A stretch of 32,000 nt of DNA from Coprobacillaceae bacterium (lineage in GTDB: Bacteria; Bacillota_I; Bacilli_A; Erysipelotrichales; Coprobacillaceae), in NCBI GenBank assembly GCA_963675515.1, contig OY776328.1, positions 300,001 to 332,000 on the forward strand, read 5' to 3'. The notes beneath the pieces are model-generated. The model was not told the DNA's origin and ran no database searches. It saw only the letters and a program-made list of their open reading frames with translations. The position numbers and the translations under genes are program-made. Below, piece by piece: positions 25,319-32,000 of the stretch (its first letter is position 1; the number at the start of each line of letters is the position of its first letter).

Positions 25319-26003
25319 TTCAATAATCGAACAGCTGACATCGACAACGACATCACAGATCACATTGTCATCTTTTCTAAGCTGCATGGTGGCGGCCATG
25401 ATCATCGGGCTTGTGATAGCCAAAATTTACGAATATAAGAACAACTATAACAAGGGATTTGTGATCACCCTGGCAATGCTTCCGTCAATTGTGACATTGG
25501 TCATAATGATGGTCAACGGCAATATCGGTACGGGGGTGGCTGTCGCCGGGGCGTTTTCCCTGGTAAGATTCCGCTCCCAGCCTGGAAGTGCCCGGGAAAT
25601 TAATGCGATATTTTTCACAATGGCCACCGGACTTGCGACCGGTATGGGGTATCTTCTCATAGCGGTGCTCTTTACTGCTGTCATGGCTATCTTCAATATG
25701 GTGCTGGTCAGCAGTTCATTCGGTGAAGCCGGTGAAAATATCACCAAAAAGGAAATCCGGATCACGATCCCTGAAGACCTGGACTATGAAAATGTGTTCA
25801 ACGACCTGTTTGAAGAGGCGACAAGAAATTACCGGCTGGTCGAAGTCAAGACAACGAATATGGGCAGCCTGTTCAAGTTGCGATACGAGGTGGAGTTCAA
25901 AGCCGGAGCAAACGAAAAGGATTTTATCGACAGCCTTCGTTGCCGAAACGGTAATCTGGAAATATCAAGCTCCTATTCACGCTCGGCAATCACAGAATTA
26001 TAA
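25311..26003 (+). CDS. DUF4956-type membrane protein with a C-terminal soluble alpha/beta domain
   Basis: It has four to five TM segments including GVAVAGAFSLVRFRSQPGSAREI and FFTMATGLATGMGY, and a soluble tail of about 80 aa. There is an 8-nt overlap with the VTC gene (translational coupling). The family call is from memory. Confidence 0.6.
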   Translation: MLDSIIEQLTSTTTSQITLSSFLSCMVAAMIIGLVIAKIYEYKNNYNKGFVITLAMLPSIVTLVIMMVNGNIGTGVAVAGAFSLVRFRSQPGSAREINAIFFTMATGLATGMGYLLIAVLFTAVMAIFNMVLVSSSFGEAGENITKKEIRITIPEDLDYENVFNDLFEEATRNYRLVEVKTTNMGSLFKLRYEVEFKAGANEKDFIDSLRCRNGNLEISSSYSRSAITEL

Positions 26004-26004
26004 T

Positions 26005-26026
26005 ACGGCGTTATGCCGTTTTTTTG
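26005..26026 (+). terminator. rho-independent terminator
   Basis: ACGGC (26005-26009) pairs with GCCGT (26015-26019), followed by T7. Confidence 0.7.
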
Positions 26027-26106
26027 ATTCTGTTTTTTAACAAGATGCTTCATTTTTAACTGAGAATATGGTTTAATTAAACTAGGTGAAGTTGAGGTGG
26101 ACTGGT

Positions 26107-26895
26107 ATGAATGTTCTGGTAGCTTGCTCAAATCCGGTCAGGATCAAAGATGAATATTTTCTTGGTAGCTTGGGAAAGATGTTGGAAGGTGAAATAATCA
26201 TAAGCGCCTATCTTTCAAGTGAAGATGCCAAGGCTAAAGCAGACGAATTGAATCATTATTTCGAAATTGATGCCCCCAATATATTTGATATCAGCGGCGG
26301 CGATCTTGCCAATGGGGTATTGCCATATCTGGATTTTCAGATTATCGCCAATTCAGCTTCCGTTTTTCATGGCTACAGTGATTTGACTACGGTGATCAAC
26401 GCGATCTATTCCCAGACAAATAAGCGGTCCTGGTATTACCAGGTGAGGTTTTCTGGCTATTACCCCGAGATACTGGAGCGGGTAATGGACAATACCGGGA
26501 GCCTGGATGTCGAATTTGTCCAAGGCCGTGAAATGGATGGAATTGCAATCGGAGGGAATATCCGTTGTTTTTTGAAACTGGCAGGAACCAGATATTTGCC
26601 AAATTTTACAGGTCATATTCTCTTTTTGGAAGCCTACAGCACCGAAAAATATCAGCTTATGACGATGATCAGCCAACTTGAACAGATGGGCGCCTTTGAA
26701 CGGATCGCCGGCCTGGTTTTAGGGACGTTCACCAGGATCGAACAAGTCGAGGGTTATGGATGGCTGGTCGGAGAATTCAAGAAGCATTGCGACAAGCCGA
26801 TTGCGATTACCAGGGATTTTGGGCACCATCAGTCTTCAAAGGGATTCCTGGTTGGCGGGCATTATAAATTTGATAGGAATTCATTTCGGGATTGA
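26107..26895 (+). CDS. LD-carboxypeptidase (peptidase S66, LdcA/MccF-like)
   Basis: The Ser-Glu-His triad context is FHGYSDLTTV, ILFLEAY and DFGHH. The start at ATG 26107 follows GAGGTGG. At 262 aa it is somewhat short for the family. Confidence 0.7.
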   Translation: MNVLVACSNPVRIKDEYFLGSLGKMLEGEIIISAYLSSEDAKAKADELNHYFEIDAPNIFDISGGDLANGVLPYLDFQIIANSASVFHGYSDLTTVINAIYSQTNKRSWYYQVRFSGYYPEILERVMDNTGSLDVEFVQGREMDGIAIGGNIRCFLKLAGTRYLPNFTGHILFLEAYSTEKYQLMTMISQLEQMGAFERIAGLVLGTFTRIEQVEGYGWLVGEFKKHCDKPIAITRDFGHHQSSKGFLVGGHYKFDRNSFRD

Positions 26896-26971
26896 TATCT
26901 TCTATTGATGTTGCAGGTGATTATCGCGGGCCGCTATGGCCAAAATAATTTCCAATAAGGTCAATATCTTC

Positions 26972-28684
<1,713 letters not shown>

Positions 28685-28707
28685 AATTTCATATTCAAAT
28701 TCATAAA

Positions 28708-28737
28708 AGTATGGAATATCTTTGCCATACTTTTTTT
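28708..28737 (+). terminator. rho-independent terminator
   Basis: AGTATGG (28708-28714) pairs with CCATACT (28725-28731), followed by T7. Confidence 0.7.
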
Positions 28738-28781
28738 AAATTGATATTTATGTTAAAATGGAAAAGATAGAGGTGAGTGGA

Positions 28782-29261
28782 ATGTACCGGATTGGACAAT
28801 CGATTGATATCCACCAATTGGTGCCCGGACGCGACCTTATACTGGGCGGTGTCCGAATTGAAAATGACCTGGGACTATTAGGCCACAGCGATGCCGATGT
28901 GCTTTTGCATGCCATAATCGAAAGTGTCATCGGAGCCCTGGGGCTGGGTGATATCGGCAAGCACTTCAGTGACCGTGACCCCCAATACAAAGGGATTTCT
29001 TCACTGGTCCTGTTGGAACATTGTTACAGGCTGATGGATGAAAATGGCTACCAGATAAGCAATCTTGACAGCATCATCATCATTGAAAGGCCCAAAATGG
29101 CACCACACATCGATCAAATGCGTGAAAATGTCGCAAAACACTTGCACTGTGACCTGAATGCGGTGAACATCAAAGCCACTCGTGGTGAGAAAATGGGATT
29201 CGTAGGTCATGGCGAAGGGGCGGTTGCCCAAGCTGTGGTTTTGTTAAAGAGGAAGGATTAG
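28782..29261 (+). CDS. ispF: 2-C-methyl-D-erythritol 2,4-cyclodiphosphate synthase
   Basis: [23 protein letters not shown] and GDIGKHF are present. The start at ATG 28782 follows GAGGTGA. Confidence 0.85.
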   Translation: MYRIGQSIDIHQLVPGRDLILGGVRIENDLGLLGHSDADVLLHAIIESVIGALGLGDIGKHFSDRDPQYKGISSLVLLEHCYRLMDENGYQISNLDSIIIIERPKMAPHIDQMRENVAKHLHCDLNAVNIKATRGEKMGFVGHGEGAVAQAVVLLKRKD

Positions 29262-29263
29262 AA

Positions 29264-30697
29264 ATGGAAAGAGTCAGAGTAAGATATGCCCCAAGCCCAA
29301 CGGGACATTTACATATTGGAGGTGCGCGTACCGCACTGTTTAACTATTTGTTCGCAAAACATCATGGCGGAGACTTCATTTTCCGTCTCGAGGACACCGA
29401 TGTGGCGAGAAACATCGAAGGTGGCGAAGCCAGCCAGTTGAAAAACCTGGAGTGGCTGGGTATTGTTCCTGACGAATCGCCTTTCAAACCGGTGGAAAAA
29501 TATGCACCTTATCGCCAGATGGAAAGATTGGATATCTACAAGGAATTCATCGATTTCCTGCTGGAAAAAGGATATGCCTACAAGTGTTTTTGCACCCCTG
29601 AGGAACTTGAAGAAGAACATGAACGTCAAGTTGCCAGCGGGATTGCGCCGATGTATAACCGCAAGTGCGCTAATTTGACACCCGAACAGGTCAAGGCAAA
29701 TGAAGATGCAGGCATGCCGTATACGGTAAGGGTCAAGGTTCCGGAAAACAAAGTTTACGAGTTTGAGGACATGATCCGCTCCAAGGTAAGCTTCGAATCA
29801 AAAGATATCGGTGACTGGGTGATCCAAAAAGCCAATGGAATCCCAACCTATAACTTTGCGGTAGTGGTCGACGACCATACCATGGAAATTTCTCACGTAT
29901 TCAGAGGTGAAGAACATCTTTCGAACACACCTAAGCAAATAATGATTTTTGAAATGCTCGGATGGGAAGCGCCGAAATATGGACATATGACGCTGATTGT
30001 CAATGAGAACCGAAAGAAATTGTCAAAACGTGACGAAACGATCATGCAGTTCGTTTCCCAATACAGGGAAGAGGGTTATCTTCCTGATGCCATGTTCAAC
30101 TTCATGGCACTTTTGGGATGGTCGCCAGAAGGTGAGCAGGAAATCTTCACAAAAGAAGAGCTGATCGCTGCCTTTGATGAAAAACGACTTTCAAAATCAC
30201 CATCGATGTTCGACAAGGAAAAATTGATCTGGGTCAACAACCGCTATATCAAGGAAAGAAGTCTTGAAGATGTTGTCGCTTTATGTCAGCCGTTCCTGCA
30301 AGAGGCATATGACCTTTCAGGTAAAACACAAGAATGGATTGAGATGCTTGTAAGTGTCTACCATGACCAGCTTTCATATGGCAAGGAAATTGTGAACTTG
30401 ACTTCACTGTTCTTCAAAGATGACTTGCAATTGGATCCTGAAGCTCAAGAATTCATGCAAGACGAGTCGATTCCCAACACTTTGGCGGTATTCGCAAAAC
30501 AGATTGAAGCAATTGAAGATTTCACTCGTGACAATATTCAGGCTGCAATCAAGGCGACACAAAAAGAAGCCAAGGTTAAAGGCAAGATGCTTTTCATGCC
30601 ACTTAGAATCGCGACAACTGGAATTATGCACGGTCCGGATCTGGCCAGCTCCATTGCTTTGATTGGCAAAGAAAAGGTATTGGACCGTTTGAAATAA
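29264..30697 (+). CDS. gltX: glutamate--tRNA ligase
   Basis: [20 protein letters not shown] (HIGH) and KLSKR are present. It begins 2 nt after ispF. Confidence 0.9.
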   Translation: MERVRVRYAPSPTGHLHIGGARTALFNYLFAKHHGGDFIFRLEDTDVARNIEGGEASQLKNLEWLGIVPDESPFKPVEKYAPYRQMERLDIYKEFIDFLLEKGYAYKCFCTPEELEEEHERQVASGIAPMYNRKCANLTPEQVKANEDAGMPYTVRVKVPENKVYEFEDMIRSKVSFESKDIGDWVIQKANGIPTYNFAVVVDDHTMEISHVFRGEEHLSNTPKQIMIFEMLGWEAPKYGHMTLIVNENRKKLSKRDETIMQFVSQYREEGYLPDAMFNFMALLGWSPEGEQEIFTKEELIAAFDEKRLSKSPSMFDKEKLIWVNNRYIKERSLEDVVALCQPFLQEAYDLSGKTQEWIEMLVSVYHDQLSYGKEIVNLTSLFFKDDLQLDPEAQEFMQDESIPNTLAVFAKQIEAIEDFTRDNIQAAIKATQKEAKVKGKMLFMPLRIATTGIMHGPDLASSIALIGKEKVLDRLK

Positions 30698-30755
30698 AAG
30701 GAAAGTAGGATTACTTTTCTTTTTTAGCAGGGTGATTTTGAAAGGGGCGGGAGCG

Positions 30756-31571
30756 ATGAAAAATAAGATAATTGCAGCAGTTATTGCTTTTTTTATAATT
30801 GTTTCCGCTTCTTTGATCGTCCTGGCGTTCAACCTGGATCCGATCAGTCTGAAAAAAGAGACATTCGTTTTTCAGTATGGCGAGCCCATACCGCAGGAGG
30901 TTTATGAATACGCAAACGGCTCCAACGAGGTTTTGGATCTTTCGACTTTGGATCTCTCGCACGTCAAAGATGATATCGGTTCCTATCCGGCAAGTCTTAT
31001 TTACTACAATAAGACTTATGAATTCACAATCAAGATCGTGGATACCACTCACCCGGTTGCGGTGTTGAAACAGGTGCAGGTGAATATCGAGCCTGGCGAC
31101 ATGTTGACGGCCAGTGATCTTGTTGAGGTTACCGACAATTCAAGCTTCACGGCCTACTTCATCCTTGAAGACGGCTCAACCAGCGAAACCCAGACCTTCA
31201 ATGAAGTCGGGTCATATGTGGAAAACATCGTTGTCATCGATGCGTCGCAGAATGAATCGGCCAAGTTGCGAATCAAGATTGTGGTCCGCTATAACAATGA
31301 TATCCCGACCTTGACGGGAGTCGAGGACCTTGAAATCTATTTGGGCAAGGAGTTTGATCCGTTTGCGGGAGTAAAGGCGACCGATGGCATAGGCAATGAC
31401 ATCACCGACGATATAGTTATTTTGAAAAACAACGTAAATACCCAAAGTATCGGAGTCTACACAGTCATATATAAGATCACCAATGACCAGGGCAACACAA
31501 TCCAGGTCAACCGAACCGTTACGGTGATAGAAAATCCAGGGGTACTGGATTCGATGGAAAACAGAAATTGA
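30756..31571 (+). CDS. membrane-anchored surface protein with Ig-like (DUF5011-type) modules
   Basis: The N-terminal TM is (IIAAVIAFFIIVSASLIVLAF). The modules resemble those of the 15920-17326 protein (YGExxP..., LVEVTDN, GxYxxxxxxxDxxGN...V.V). No catalytic domain is recognisable. Confidence 0.6.
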   Translation: MKNKIIAAVIAFFIIVSASLIVLAFNLDPISLKKETFVFQYGEPIPQEVYEYANGSNEVLDLSTLDLSHVKDDIGSYPASLIYYNKTYEFTIKIVDTTHPVAVLKQVQVNIEPGDMLTASDLVEVTDNSSFTAYFILEDGSTSETQTFNEVGSYVENIVVIDASQNESAKLRIKIVVRYNNDIPTLTGVEDLEIYLGKEFDPFAGVKATDGIGNDITDDIVILKNNVNTQSIGVYTVIYKITNDQGNTIQVNRTVTVIENPGVLDSMENRN

Positions 31572-31576
31572 TAAAA

Positions 31577-31626
31577 AAAGACGAATCAGTGAAGATAAAT
31601 TCTTCATCAATTCGTCTTTGTTTTTT
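31577..31626. terminator. bidirectional rho-independent terminator between convergent genes
   Basis: AAAGACGAAT (31577-31586) pairs with ATTCGTCTTT (31610-31619), with an inner TGAAGA/TCTTCA pairing. It is flanked by an A-run (31573-31579) and a T-run (31621-31626). Confidence 0.7.
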
Positions 31627-32000
31627 ATAGTCCTGAATCTCCGTAGTTTTTAAGAACGCGGGCACTAGGATCGTCAACATCGCAGTTTTCCCATTCTTTG
31701 TTTGGCATCCAGAAATCTTTGATCCATACGTCTTTGCCAGGGTAATAGGATTCAAAGATATCGCGGTACAGAAGCGATTCCTTGGTGAAAGGAGTGTGGG
31801 TTGGGTATTTAACACCCGCATTCTCAAGATCCTCATCGCTGTATTGCTCTTGGGCATATTCTTTAAGGTAGTCCACCATTGAGTGACCCACGGCATCGGA
31901 GAATGCTGCCTTTTCTCTGAATAGAATCTCATCAGGAAGGTACCCGGTACCTTCAAAGGCGTGGCGCAGCAGGTATTTACCCTTGTTGTAAGTGTTCATT
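31625..32000 (-). CDS. asnB: 3' end of asparagine synthase (glutamine-hydrolysing); the 5' part lies outside the window
   Basis: The reverse-strand ORF is open to the window edge. The translation ...KYLLRHAFEGTGYLPDEILFREKAAFSDAVGH...KESLLYRDIFESYYPG... matches the conserved AsnB C-terminal region. Confidence 0.8.
   Translation of the reverse strand, partial: MNTYNKGKYLLRHAFEGTGYLPDEILFREKAAFSDAVGHSMVDYLKEYAQEQYSDEDLENAGVKYPTHTPFTKESLLYRDIFESYYPGKDVWIKDFWMPNKEWENCDVDDPSARVLKNYGDSGL

Overview
This 32-kb window looks like chromosomal DNA from a low-GC Gram-positive (Bacillota-type) genome. The evidence is GGAGG-type ribosome-binding sites, a cysS-mrnC-rlmB-sigH-like-rpmG-secE-nusG cluster, glgC-glgD-glgA, a CBS-type family II pyrophosphatase, and rqcP/divIC. 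I support about 31 protein genes. All are on the + strand except a convergent asnB fragment at the right edge. Most are housekeeping genes: ppaC, rqcP, divIC, ung, folC, glgCDA, cysS, mrnC, rlmB, rpmG, secE, nusG, adhE, pyrG, ispF and gltX. I found no rRNA, tRNA, CRISPR array, transposase or integrase. Many intergenic regions carry clear rho-independent terminators and sigma-A-type (often extended -10) promoters. The pyrG leader has the GGGC start plus pyrimidine-rich terminator arm expected for reiterative-transcription attenuation. The most interesting part is a terminator-bounded five-gene accessory block at 21.3-26.0 kb, between adhE and an LD-carboxypeptidase/pyrG. It encodes a His-rich five-TM (DUF4405-like, cytochrome-b-like) membrane protein fused to two tandem extracytoplasmic Cx2Cx3Cx6C modules, an OmpR-type response regulator and histidine kinase, a VTC (CYTH-like triphosphate-tunnel) domain protein, and a translationally coupled DUF4956-type membrane protein. 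A 20-bp direct-repeat box is shared, in identical geometry, by the promoter regions of the regulator gene and the VTC operon. All calls come from reading the translations and sequence by eye. No database search was possible.
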